Under the pieces are notes generated by a model. It did no database searches. It saw nothing but the letters and a program-made list of their open reading frames with translations, and was not told the origin of the DNA. DNA of 64,000 bases, taken from positions 5,070 through 69,069 of the forward strand of contig UQMA01000002.1 in NCBI GenBank assembly GCA_900542055.1, written 5' to 3'. The position numbers and the translations under genes are program-made. Of the stretch, positions 1-9,165 are shown in pieces (position 1 is the first letter of the stretch; the number at the start of each line of letters is the position of its first letter). Source of the stretch: an uncultured Azospirillum sp. (GTDB lineage Bacteria; Pseudomonadota; Alphaproteobacteria; RF32; CAG-239).

Positions 1-68
1 ACCAATTCTTCCTGAGTCGAAATTTTTTGACTGCTCAAAATAGACAACAATGCATTTTTAATATCCAT
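1..68 (-). CDS. ArgR/AhrC-like arginine repressor; only the N-terminal 22 codons are present because the gene runs off the window
   Basis: The reverse strand from ATG (66-68) reads MDIKNALLSILSSQKISTQEEL. This fits the ArgR/AhrC winged-helix start pattern (I..I....I.TQ.EL). An AAGGAG SD lies 6 nt upstream. Confidence 0.4.
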   Translation of the reverse strand, partial: MDIKNALLSILSSQKISTQEEL

Positions 69-80
69 ATCTCTCTCCTT

Positions 81-114
81 TGCATAAAATTTAGCATATT
101 TGCATAAATATGCA
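81..114. promoter_or_regulatory. Tandem ARG-box-like palindromes in the divergent promoter region
   Basis: TGCATAAAATTTAGCA (81-96) and TGCATAAATATGCA (101-114) start 20 bp apart. Both resemble the conserved ArgR operator (TGAAT/TGCAT-AT-rich-ATTCA/ATGCA). Confidence 0.45.
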
Positions 115-190
115 ACAACATATTTACATTTTTTTACAGATATGCTATTTAGACAAAAGTTTTTATCAACCGCTATGAGAGAAGTAAAAA

Positions 191-1912
191 ATGTATAGCT
201 TTCTGAATAAAGCAACTCAAAATATTTTTGAAGAAACAGTAAAAAATTTAACACAAAAAGAAATTTTGTTTGTTATGCCTGCATTTTATCCTCAACGCGG
301 CGGAATTTTGCAAGATGCAGTTAAATGCGGAGGAAACGCCATTATCGCCGGCGGTGCTCCCCAGCAACAGCTTTTTGAAGGCATCAGCCAATACAGTCCG
401 GGGTATGATACAACCGGAATCAGCGAAACCCCAAAAGAAATCTATCAAATTGTTAAGGCTATTCCAAACGAGGTTTTACGCGGAAAAGACATTGCGTTAT
501 TTGTCGAAGCGCCGGTTGCTCATCACTGGTCAAACAATATGCGCATAAAAAAAGCAAATATCGTTTTATCTAACGAGCAAAATCTGAGATCTTTTTTCGA
601 AGAAAAAACAAATTTAGCCAAAGTTTTGCAAGAAGCCGGACTTAAAGATTGTTTAATTCCTTCGGAAGTTGTAATCAGTGAAAATCTGTCATCGCAAGAT
701 ATGTTTGAACTTTATGAGCGTTATAAAGGCCAAAGCGGCAAAGTCGTGCTTCAGTCTTGCGGTGCCGAAAATGTAGAAAGCGGCGGCGGCAAAGGCACCA
801 GTATTGTTAAAGATTATGATGATTTTTGCCAAACCATTGTTCAGCATACAGGTCATGTTAAGGTTGCGAAATTTATCGATGGTTATTGCTCAAACGTTTC
901 TATGTTTGTCGGCAACACAAAGGCAAACGGTCAATCCGGCGTTGAAAAATGCGAATTGTCTTCTGAAGATGATCCTTTTTCAGAAAAGACATTGGATATT
1001 TTATTGGCAAAAGGGCAAGAAAAAGGCATTACTGATAAAAATATTCTTGTACTGGCAACACGCGGAACCCTGAAAGCCGTCGGCGATAAGAATCTGACAG
1101 GAAGTTCATCAAACGGTGTAGGAAATGCTTTGGGGCATAATTTCCCTCAAGAAATCAATGATAAAATTTACGAGATAGCACAAAAATTAGGGCATTTGAT
1201 GGGAAAATGCGGAAAAGTAGGTCTTTGCGGCGCAGATTTGATGATTGACGCCGATAATCATGTATGGATTAATGAAGTAAACGACCGTCAGCAAGGTCCG
1301 ACTGAACAACTCAGCTTAGATGCTGAAAATGCAGATTTAGTCGGTGTGCACCGTCTGGCTTTTATTGCCAATTATGCCGATTGCTCTCAGCCAAAAGTGC
1401 AACAATTGTTTTATCGGTTGCAGCAGGTTTCGCGGCAGATGTATGAGAAGTCATTGCAAAGCGATGGAAGTTTTTATATAAAAATGATGGGAAAACAATC
1501 TGGAAAAGCTGTTTCGCAAATTGATTTAACTTCGGGAATTTATGCTGTTAAAAAAGATAATAAAGGTCAATGGCACTGGGATTTTTCGAAAAAATATGCT
1601 TCGGCTCCCAGTGTGGATTTGAACAAAGATACCATTTATTTAAAACTATCGGGAATTAGTTTGCACAAAGGACAAGATGTGCCGAGCGGCGCACAAATTT
1701 TAAGAATTGTCGGAAAAACGCAAAACGGTTCTTCTCCATTTCAAATCAAAAGCGGTAAAGTCAGCCTCAATCAAGATTGGCTTCCCATAACCGACGGATT
1801 GTATGGTTCTATCTTCGGAGAGCAATATAATCGGCAATTTAGTATGGATAAAAATCCTGCTCAGATACAAAACAATATTATGATGAGGAAACTGAAAAAT
1901 GGCAGAATATAA
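191..1912 (+). CDS. ATP-grasp superfamily ligase; substrate unknown
   Basis: 573-aa ORF. The C-terminal ATP-grasp core is recognisable (GKVGLCGADLMIDADNHVWINEVNDRQQGP). It overlaps the next gene by 14 nt, suggesting translational coupling. Confidence 0.65.
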   Translation: MYSFLNKATQNIFEETVKNLTQKEILFVMPAFYPQRGGILQDAVKCGGNAIIAGGAPQQQLFEGISQYSPGYDTTGISETPKEIYQIVKAIPNEVLRGKDIALFVEAPVAHHWSNNMRIKKANIVLSNEQNLRSFFEEKTNLAKVLQEAGLKDCLIPSEVVISENLSSQDMFELYERYKGQSGKVVLQSCGAENVESGGGKGTSIVKDYDDFCQTIVQHTGHVKVAKFIDGYCSNVSMFVGNTKANGQSGVEKCELSSEDDPFSEKTLDILLAKGQEKGITDKNILVLATRGTLKAVGDKNLTGSSSNGVGNALGHNFPQEINDKIYEIAQKLGHLMGKCGKVGLCGADLMIDADNHVWINEVNDRQQGPTEQLSLDAENADLVGVHRLAFIANYADCSQPKVQQLFYRLQQVSRQMYEKSLQSDGSFYIKMMGKQSGKAVSQIDLTSGIYAVKKDNKGQWHWDFSKKYASAPSVDLNKDTIYLKLSGISLHKGQDVPSGAQILRIVGKTQNGSSPFQIKSGKVSLNQDWLPITDGLYGSIFGEQYNRQFSMDKNPAQIQNNIMMRKLKNGRI

Positions 1913-2840
1913 AAAAATAGAACATAATCTGCTCACTATCGGCGGAGGAATTGAGTTAAAGCTCAACGAATTTATCTACAAAGCCGAAAAACAAGGTAAA
2001 AAAATCTATATTCAATCGGGATTGCACGGCGGCGAAACATCACAATGGGTTTTGTATAAGCTACATAAATTTCTTATGCAGAATTTACGCGCCGGCGAAA
2101 TTCACATTGTGCCTTATGCCAACCCCTTGGGATGGTTGCAGCGCACTTATTATTCGACTTTCGGAAAATTCAGCTTACTGGACGGACAGGATTATAACCG
2201 TTGTTTTACAGATACAAACAAGCAAGACACCAATTCCATTTTGTGTAAAAAAATATGCGAATTGGCATCAAATTCTGATTTTGCTCTTGATTTACACACT
2301 TCAAAGAACAGCAATCCATTTGCCATCTATACCAACAACAGTTATATTTCCTATATAAAAGCTCTCGGATTCAAATATAACCAATATTCTGATGACGCCT
2401 CCATTCCGGCGTTATATGGAACTTTTAACGCCTGCCTCGACCGACACCATGTGCCTAATGTTACAATAGAATGCGGCGGACATGACGAATATTGCGAATA
2501 CAAAATCAATGAAGTCTATAATGCCATTATCAATTTGTTGGGCAAACTTGAAGTTTTGACAACAAAACAGGCAAATGAAAACGATGTATTTCGTTTTGAA
2601 AAAAGAAATAAAATATATGCAGCTTCCGCAGGTTTGATCAAATTTGAAAAAGAAATAGGCGATACTGTTGAGCAAGGAGATGTTATTGCCAGATTGTACC
2701 CTTCTGACGACATATCCTGCACGGAAATTATTTTAGCAAAAGAAAACGGAATTATTCACGTTATAAATCCAAGCCATATTGTTTGGCAAGGTGACATAAT
2801 AGCCGAAATTATTCCTCAGCAAGATTTAGTTTTGTTATAA
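1899..2840 (+). CDS. Succinylglutamate desuccinylase/aspartoacylase (AstE/AspA, M14-like) family zinc deacylase
   Basis: Contains IQSGLHGGE (the H-x-x-E zinc motif) and ALDLHTS (a third His ligand), in the arrangement typical of the AstE/AspA family. Confidence 0.75.
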   Translation: MAEYKKIEHNLLTIGGGIELKLNEFIYKAEKQGKKIYIQSGLHGGETSQWVLYKLHKFLMQNLRAGEIHIVPYANPLGWLQRTYYSTFGKFSLLDGQDYNRCFTDTNKQDTNSILCKKICELASNSDFALDLHTSKNSNPFAIYTNNSYISYIKALGFKYNQYSDDASIPALYGTFNACLDRHHVPNVTIECGGHDEYCEYKINEVYNAIINLLGKLEVLTTKQANENDVFRFEKRNKIYAASAGLIKFEKEIGDTVEQGDVIARLYPSDDISCTEIILAKENGIIHVINPSHIVWQGDIIAEIIPQQDLVLL

Positions 2841-2845
2841 AAAAA

Positions 2846-2876
2846 GAGCCGTCTTTATAAAAGGCGGTTCTTTTTT
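2846..2876. terminator. Hairpin plus T-run between convergent genes
   Basis: GAGCCG (2846-2851) pairs with CGGTTC (2865-2870), including one G-U pair, and is followed by TTTTTT. Confidence 0.45.
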
Positions 2877-2894
2877 AAGAATAAATTCGGCTTG

Positions 2895-3101
2895 TTACAT
2901 ATAACCGGAATTGCAATCGCGTACCTTATGCAAGCCCAAGGCTATCAGAGCTATAAAACCGGAAATACCAGCTCCGAAGAAGCAATATCCGGCAATATCA
3001 AGTCTGCCGTTAAAACCTGCAATCCAAAAAGCAACGATCCCTAAAGCGGCCATTGTAACGAAGAAGCTCCAAACTTTTTCTAATTTTTTCATAAAAAACA
3101 C
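2895..3101 (-). CDS. Small hypothetical two-TM membrane protein
   Basis: 68-aa ORF with two hydrophobic segments. The ATG at 3092 is an alternative start. No clear SD. Confidence 0.3.
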   Translation of the reverse strand: MFFMKKLEKVWSFFVTMAALGIVAFWIAGFNGRLDIAGYCFFGAGISGFIALIALGLHKVRDCNSGYM

Positions 3102-3340
3102 GGGTTTGTTTATAGAGGGGGTATTCCTGATATACGTCCCGTTCCCTCAGTTGTTATTAAAAAAATATAAAACAAGTATAAGAAATACGGTACGAATAAA
3201 CTTTTAACAACAGAAACCCGTTCTCAAAACAAATCCACACAGTAATAATCTTAATACTTAAAAAACAATATAATTATAATATGTTCCTTATAAAGGTGCA
3301 ACATTTTTTATAGAAAGAAACCAATGAAAATAACAGAAAT

Positions 3341-4348
3341 TTATTCAGCCGAAAACAAGCCTTTTCGGCATAACTGCGTATATATAGGGCGTTTCAATCC
3401 TAAAATTTTTGCCAGATTATCCGGCGTTATATCACAATACAGCGTTTGAAAATTTTCTTTGCCGTTTTTGACTGTTTTTATTGTTCCGCTGGGAAGTTCA
3501 GTTCGACCTATGCAAGACGAAAGATAAACAAAGCACTCATCATTGTCGTGCAAATTATCCTTTGCCAATTTTCGTGCATATATGTTTAGTGTTAAATCAG
3601 CTTTTGAGCAATCTTTTGTCCATGGGCTTCCGCCTCCAATCGGACAAGCCGTTGAATAAAAATCACAAGCCAATTTACGTCCTGTTACACCGCAATCGGC
3701 TATTGAAGCATGATAAGTGTAGCGTCCGGTTCCGTTAATAATAAGATTTTTAGGTTTTTCTCCTAGACTTTCAATTACAAAACAAGTTAAGTCTTCATCT
3801 TTGAGCATTGGTATTGCGACCACAACAGTTTCTATTTTTTCATCATTCAACGTCACTTGTGTTTTTATATCCAACCCCAAATTGGGCGATATTAATGCCT
3901 TTTGGTATAAAGCTTTGTTCAATTTACGCGCTAAAAAAAGTTCCCGATTGATGTTTTTATTGCCTTGACAAGCATATCCAACGAAAACACCCTGATCACC
4001 CCAGCCATTTTGTTCTACACCTCTGCTGATGTCAACAGACTGACAGCCGATTAAATTGATAATTTCGATTTTAGACGGTTCAATAGCGTAAGATTGCCAA
4101 ATTTTGGCGTAGTCTTCTGTATATCCTATCTCGGCAAGTGCTTGTATAACATACTGTTTTAATTTTGATAGCGAAACATTTCCTTTAATTTCGCCGCCCA
4201 AAACGACCGTATTATTTTTAATCATCACTTCAACGGCATATTTGACCGAAGAATCTTGTTCGATCATACGATCTAAAATATAACTGGAAATATAATCAGA
4301 AATTTTGTCTGGGTGACCAAGCGACACCGCTTCTGCAGTTTTTTGCAT
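3341..4348 (-). CDS. metK: S-adenosylmethionine synthetase-like protein; short and divergent
   Basis: Contains GHPDKISD, GWGDQG, DCGVTGRK and GGGSPWTKD, which correspond to MetK signature blocks. I place the start at ATG 4348, with AAGGAGA 8 nt upstream. That gives 335 aa, against roughly 385 aa for typical bacterial MetK. Confidence 0.8.
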   Translation of the reverse strand: MQKTAEAVSLGHPDKISDYISSYILDRMIEQDSSVKYAVEVMIKNNTVVLGGEIKGNVSLSKLKQYVIQALAEIGYTEDYAKIWQSYAIEPSKIEIINLIGCQSVDISRGVEQNGWGDQGVFVGYACQGNKNINRELFLARKLNKALYQKALISPNLGLDIKTQVTLNDEKIETVVVAIPMLKDEDLTCFVIESLGEKPKNLIINGTGRYTYHASIADCGVTGRKLACDFYSTACPIGGGSPWTKDCSKADLTLNIYARKLAKDNLHDNDECFVYLSSCIGRTELPSGTIKTVKNGKENFQTLYCDITPDNLAKILGLKRPIYTQLCRKGLFSAE

Positions 4349-4511
4349 AATCAATTCTCCTTGTTTAGTCCTCTGTTGCGGGACAAGTTAGGTTAAATCC
4401 ACATAAATTGCTTTTTGCAATTTCAGATACAAGTCTGCATAGCTTTTCATCAAAAGTCAATGTTTTTTTGAACTTTTAATTATATCTGCACGTTTTGGAA
4501 AAATTTTATAC

Positions 4512-4540
4512 AAAAAAAGGAAGTGAACTGCATCACTTCC
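4512..4540 (-). terminator. Rho-independent terminator after tRNA-Met
   Basis: GGAAGTGA (4519-4526) pairs with TCACTTCC (4533-4540). On the minus strand it is followed by a T7 run. Confidence 0.7.
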
Positions 4541-4545
4541 TTTAT

Positions 4546-4622
4546 TGGTGGATTCTGCCTGACTCGAACAGGCGACCAGACCGTTATGAGCGGCCCGCTC
4601 TAACCAACTGAGCTAAGAATCC
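4546..4622 (-). tRNA. tRNA with CAT anticodon, elongator type (Met, or Ile2 if lysidinylated)
   Basis: Reverse complement GGATTCTTAGCTCAGTTGGTTAGAGCGGGCCGCTCATAACGGTCTGGTCGCCTGTTCGAGTCAGGCAGAATCCACCA folds as a cloverleaf. G1-C72 is paired, so it is not an initiator. CCA is encoded. Confidence 0.9.
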
Positions 4623-4704
4623 ATTGCTATCGGAAATAGAAAATATGCTAAAACTTTGTCTTAGTCAAGAGCTTTTTCTTATAACAGCAATTAATAGCAA
4701 TAAC

Positions 4705-5964
4705 TTATTTTGTATATATCGGAAATGCTTTGCATAAAGCAATAACTTCGGCTTTCACTCTTTGAACTTCCGCGGTGCAATCTCCTTTTGCCAAAGCATC
4801 GACAATATCACCAATCCAATGTCCGATTTTCTCAAATTCTGCCGCGCCAAAACCTCTGGTTGTTCCGGCCGGAGTTCCCAGTCTTATGCCCGATGTAATT
4901 TTAGGAGGCTGCGGATCAAAAGGAACTGCATTTTTATTGCAGGTAATATTTGCCAGCTCCAAAGTTTGGGCAACAACATTTCCGGTCAAATTTTTTGAAC
5001 GCAAATCAACCAGCAGCAAATGCGTATCTGTTCCGCCGGAAACCAAATTCAAACCACGTTTTTGCAAAACTTCGCCCAATATTTTGGCATTATTTATCAC
5101 ATTTTCGGCATAGCGTTTAAACTCAGGGCTCAATGCTTCGTGAAAACATACAGCTTTGCCGGCAATCACATGCTCTAAAGGACCGCCTTGTATCCCAGGA
5201 AAAATTGCTGAGTTAATCTTTTTGGCAATTTCCTCGTTGTTGCTCAAAACCATTCCGCCGCGCGGTCCCCGAAGAGTTTTATGCGTTGTTGTCGTCACCA
5301 CATCGGCATATTCAAGCGGGGTCGGCAATAATCCGGCGGCGACAAGACCTGCAAAATGAGCCATGTCGACCATCAAATAAGCCCCTGCTTTATCGGCAAT
5401 TCGACGAAATTTTGCAAAATCTATTTTTCGGGGATAAGCCGATCCACCGGCAATAATCAACTTCGGACGATATTCTTCAGCCAAACGCTCGACTTGCTCA
5501 TAATCAATCAAGCCGTCTTTTTCTCTGACACCATAGGTTACAGAATTAAGCCATTTTCCCGAAAAAGAAACTTTTGCACCATGCGTCAGATGTCCTCCGG
5601 CTTCAAGAGACATACCCAAAATTGTATCATTTGGCTGCAGCAAAGCGACATACACCGACATATTGGCTTGCGATCCTGAATGAGGCTGAACATTGGCAAA
5701 ACGGCAGCCAAACAATTTTTTTGCGCGTTCAATTGCCAAATTTTCCACCTCATCAACAAATTCGCAACCGCCGTAATAACGCTTGGAAGGGTAACCTTCA
5801 GCATATTTGTTGGTCAAAATAGATCCCTGAGCCTCAAGCACCGCGCGTGAAACGATATTTTCAGACGCAATCAACTCAATTTGGTTTTGCTGCCGCGCCA
5901 ATTCCTTACGAATCGCCGCAAAAATTTCCGAATCTTCACTTTTTAAGTTTTGTTCAAAATCCAT
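4705..5964 (-). CDS. glyA: Serine hydroxymethyltransferase
   Basis: Full-length 419-aa match to the SHMT pattern, including the [17 protein letters not shown]-lysine block. Confidence 0.97.
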   Translation of the reverse strand: MDFEQNLKSEDSEIFAAIRKELARQQNQIELIASENIVSRAVLEAQGSILTNKYAEGYPSKRYYGGCEFVDEVENLAIERAKKLFGCRFANVQPHSGSQANMSVYVALLQPNDTILGMSLEAGGHLTHGAKVSFSGKWLNSVTYGVREKDGLIDYEQVERLAEEYRPKLIIAGGSAYPRKIDFAKFRRIADKAGAYLMVDMAHFAGLVAAGLLPTPLEYADVVTTTTHKTLRGPRGGMVLSNNEEIAKKINSAIFPGIQGGPLEHVIAGKAVCFHEALSPEFKRYAENVINNAKILGEVLQKRGLNLVSGGTDTHLLLVDLRSKNLTGNVVAQTLELANITCNKNAVPFDPQPPKITSGIRLGTPAGTTRGFGAAEFEKIGHWIGDIVDALAKGDCTAEVQRVKAEVIALCKAFPIYTK

Positions 5965-6401
5965 TAGTCAATCCCCTCTTCTATTTTTGCGATTCGTGCA
6001 TTATGGCGGCCTCCCTCGAATTGAGTACGCATAAAAATATCAATTCGACGGACAACATCATCAAAAGCCATTGTCCGACCGCCAAAGACTATCACATTGG
6101 CATTATTGTGTTTTTTTGCCATTTCCGCCACAAAATCATCATAAAGCAATGCGGCTCTGATACCTTTTGCGCGGTTGGCCGCAATAGATATTCCGATTCC
6201 TGTTCCGCAAATCAAAATTCCCAATTCTGCTTTTTTGTTTAGCAGAAACGATGTCATTTTGTGCGCTATGTCCGGATAATCGCAGGAGACTTCCGAATAA
6301 GTCCCTAAATCTTCCAAATTTTGCCCTTTTTGAGCAAAATAAGATATAAGCTTTTGTTTTAACTCAAATCCACCATGATCTGATGCAATTGCAATTTTCA
6401 T
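5964..6401 (-). CDS. rpiB: Ribose-5-phosphate isomerase B
   Basis: [15 protein letters not shown]...[13 protein letters not shown] is typical of RpiB/LacAB. I chose the start at ATG 6401 rather than the longer track ORF. Confidence 0.9.
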   Translation of the reverse strand: MKIAIASDHGGFELKQKLISYFAQKGQNLEDLGTYSEVSCDYPDIAHKMTSFLLNKKAELGILICGTGIGISIAANRAKGIRAALLYDDFVAEMAKKHNNANVIVFGGRTMAFDDVVRRIDIFMRTQFEGGRHNARIAKIEEGID

Positions 6402-6547
6402 TTTTAACGCCTTTCTGTAATCATTTTTCAAAATAATAAAGCAAAAGCGACCAAAAAAAACATATTTTTGGATTTTATGCAAAAAAAGTTATTGACGAAG
6501 AGAAAAAAATTTGTATATATATAACTCGTTGAAGCGCTCCACGGAAT

Positions 6548-6621
6548 GGCCGGTTGGCAGAGTGGTTATGCAGAGGACTGCAAATCCTTCTATATCGGTT
6601 CGATTCCGGTACCGGCCTCCA
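6548..6621 (+). tRNA. tRNA-Cys (GCA)
   Basis: GGCCGGT acceptor stem, CTGCAAA anticodon loop, TTCGATT T-loop, 4-nt variable loop, CCA encoded. Confidence 0.93.
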
Positions 6622-6628
6622 ATATTGT

Positions 6629-6703
6629 TCCGGCTTAGCTCAGCGGTAGAGCAATCGGCTGTTAACCGATCGGTCGTTGGTTCGAATCCGACAGCCGGAG
6701 CCA
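6629..6703 (+). tRNA. tRNA-Asn (GTT)
   Basis: TCCGGCT/AGCCGGA acceptor stem, CTGTTAA anticodon loop, TTCGAAT T-loop, CCA encoded. Confidence 0.93.
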
Positions 6704-6712
6704 AAAGAAAAA

Positions 6713-6739
6713 ACACCTTGTTTTGCAAGGTGTTTTTTT
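6713..6739 (+). terminator. Rho-independent terminator of the tRNA-Cys/Asn unit
   Basis: ACACCTTG pairs with CAAGGTGT, followed by a T6 run. Confidence 0.8.
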
Positions 6740-6888
6740 GTGTCTTAATTTTTGTGTTTAAATTTTTATATCTGAAAACAATTGCAAATCAAAAACAATA
6801 AACTAAAAAATTGCAGTTTCAATTTATAAACCTGTTTTTACAGGCAACTTTACGGAAAACTGACACATATACAAAACCACAATAAGAG

Positions 6889-9165
6889 CTAGGCTGTTTT
6901 TTGATATAAATATTGCTGAAACTCGCAAAACATATTTCTTATTCCGTTTCCAAGCTCTTGCACCGCATCAATAGCAGAACCATATTTTAATGTTACCAAT
7001 TCCCCTATTCTTTCATCATCCAATTCAAAAACACCTTCTTTAACATATTGCTGCAAAACAAAATCTATAAAAGCGCATTGTCTTGAAGCGTAATTGTCCA
7101 TAACATACACTTTGCATTGATTGGCCCGTTCAAGCCTTGTTTTCATATTTTGACAATATTCGGCAAGATAATTCAAAACATCAAAAACATCTTTATCTTC
7201 AGCATTCAAAACATTTTGAACATATTTAAACACATCTCGATTATATCCTTGCTCTGCAAAACGTTTTAGCAAAATTTTGCGGGTAAGCGGATCCAGCCAA
7301 ATGCGGCGCAGTTCTTCTTCCGATTTAAAAAAGTTAGGCATTTTTCCGACAAGTTTTTCTATAAACTCTTTAGCGCTGATTGGTTTTCCAAATTCTTTAT
7401 CATAAAAAGTCGTTCCGTCATCATAAATTTCGACTTCTCTTCCTTTTCCGAGTTTAACTGTTGTTATTTTCGGAGATTCGGACAAATCATTTTCGTTTTT
7501 TTCTTTGCTGGTTGTCTTTTTATTTGGCTTTGCTCTGTATGTTCCAACATATTCAGTCGGTCCATCCCATTCTTTGTCTTCAAAATTGTTTGAGGCGTTT
7601 ACAAAATCATAAACCGTAAAATAGTCTTTATCCTCACAAACTCTTGTTCCGCGGCCTATTATCTGCTTAAATTCAATCATTGAATTGACCGGTCTTAACA
7701 ATACAATATTTTTAATCTGAACGGCATCCACACCGGTTGAAAGTTTTTGAGAAGTAGTCAATATGGTAGGAATTGTTTTAGACGTATCTTGAAACTGCCT
7801 TAAAAGCATTTCTCCGCGCTCACCGTCATCAGCCGTCACTCTCACACAATAGTTAGGATTGGAGCTTACTGTTTTGCATTGATTAATCATATCTCGGATA
7901 AGTCCGGCATGAGTTTGCGTGGCACAAAAAACAAGAGTTTTGTCGTTTTGATTTATTTCACTCATAAACTTTTTAACCCGTTCAAACTCTTTATCTTCAA
8001 TAAACAGTTCGTTATTTTTATAAATTTTTTCGGCATCTATTTCTCCATCTATATCATCTGATGAATCATATTTATATTCATCAAAATTTGTATGCATTTT
8101 TCTCACTCTGAAAGGTGTTAAAAAACCATCATTAATTCCTTGTTTGAGCGAATAAGTATAAACAGGCTCGCCAAAATATTTATAAGTATCGACATTGTCT
8201 TTTCGTTTTGGAGTAGCCGTAAGCCCCAAATGAACGGCACTGTTAAAATAGTTGAGAATATCCCGCCAATTGCTTTCGGCATCAGCGCCGCCGCGATGGC
8301 ACTCATCAATAATCACAAAATCGAAAAAATCTTCCGGATATTGCCCGAAATAGGGTTTTTCTCCGCTCATAAATGTTTGAAAAATTGTAAAAAATATACT
8401 CTCAGCGTCTGGAAGTTTACCTTTTTTCTTTATATCTTTCGGAGTAATACGGGCAAGCGCATTCTGCGGAAAAGCTTCAAAAGCATTAAAAGCTTGATCT
8501 GCCAAAATGTTTCTGTCCGCCAAAAACAATATTCGCGGCAATCTGCTCCCGATATTTTTTGTGTTCCACTTTGCCTGCATTAATTTCCAAACAATCTGAA
8601 AAGCTATGCAGGTTTTTCCCGTTCCGGTTGCAAGCGTTAGCAATATGCGTTTTTTTCCTTCACTCAAAGCTTTTACCACCGCGTTAACGGCATTTTCCTG
8701 ATAATATCTGAGTTCAAACTGTCCATCAGTTTTGGTGGGAATAGAAGACAGCAAATTAAATATTTTATTGTTTTGCCGATAAGTCATATTCCAAAGTTCT
8801 TCAGGCGTTGGATAGCTGCTGACTTTTTCTTCCTGCCCTGTTTCCATATCTATTTGATAGATTTCTTTGCCGTTTGTAGCAAAGGTGTAGCGAATATTAA
8901 GCAGTTTGGCATATTGCTTGGCTTGCGCAACGCCGTCTGTGTATGAACGAGATGATTTTTTGGCCTCAACCACCGCCAACTTTACATTTTTGTATATAAG
9001 CACATAATCGGCGCTCAATTTCGGCGCGCGTGAGTTCAGACCCGTAATTTTGCCTTTTGAAATGGGATATTCTCGTCTAACAATAATATCATCGCCGGTT
9101 TTCCAGCCGCATTCCTGCAATTTGGGGTTAATCAGTTCTTCTCTGGTGTCGGCTTCGGAAAACAT
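6889..9165 (-). CDS. hsdR: Type I restriction enzyme R subunit
   Basis: Has an HsdR N-terminal nuclease region, helicase motifs LATGTGKT and DECHRG, and an EcoEI-R-like C-terminal domain. Its start overlaps the hsdS stop (TAATG). Confidence 0.92.
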   Translation of the reverse strand: MFSEADTREELINPKLQECGWKTGDDIIVRREYPISKGKITGLNSRAPKLSADYVLIYKNVKLAVVEAKKSSRSYTDGVAQAKQYAKLLNIRYTFATNGKEIYQIDMETGQEEKVSSYPTPEELWNMTYRQNNKIFNLLSSIPTKTDGQFELRYYQENAVNAVVKALSEGKKRILLTLATGTGKTCIAFQIVWKLMQAKWNTKNIGSRLPRILFLADRNILADQAFNAFEAFPQNALARITPKDIKKKGKLPDAESIFFTIFQTFMSGEKPYFGQYPEDFFDFVIIDECHRGGADAESNWRDILNYFNSAVHLGLTATPKRKDNVDTYKYFGEPVYTYSLKQGINDGFLTPFRVRKMHTNFDEYKYDSSDDIDGEIDAEKIYKNNELFIEDKEFERVKKFMSEINQNDKTLVFCATQTHAGLIRDMINQCKTVSSNPNYCVRVTADDGERGEMLLRQFQDTSKTIPTILTTSQKLSTGVDAVQIKNIVLLRPVNSMIEFKQIIGRGTRVCEDKDYFTVYDFVNASNNFEDKEWDGPTEYVGTYRAKPNKKTTSKEKNENDLSESPKITTVKLGKGREVEIYDDGTTFYDKEFGKPISAKEFIEKLVGKMPNFFKSEEELRRIWLDPLTRKILLKRFAEQGYNRDVFKYVQNVLNAEDKDVFDVLNYLAEYCQNMKTRLERANQCKVYVMDNYASRQCAFIDFVLQQYVKEGVFELDDERIGELVTLKYGSAIDAVQELGNGIRNMFCEFQQYLYQKTA

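Noticed and set aside
4349-4480. A possible SAM riboswitch in the metK-like leader
   Set aside because: The leader can form a hairpin (CUUGUCC...GGAC..ACAAG) that partly sequesters the SD, and it contains AAAGCU-like strings. I cannot align it convincingly from memory to SAM-II, SAM-V or SAM/SAH consensus. It needs a cmscan against Rfam before any claim.
6402-6482. The long form of rpiB (172 aa)
   Set aside because: Conserved RpiB begins at [11 protein letters not shown] (ATG 6401). The upstream residues are hydrophobic read-through of the promoter region. The same logic applies to folA (18529-18570) and the response regulator (55546-55659).
6489-6801. Two ORFs (79 aa on the minus strand, 96 aa on the plus strand)
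   Set aside because: They run through tRNA-Cys, tRNA-Asn and their terminator, so they are not coding.
6740-6888. A search for an att-type direct repeat of the tRNA-Asn 3' end, or an integrase, flanking the R-M genes
   Set aside because: None was found by eye, either here or in 11744-12090. Island status therefore remains an inference only.
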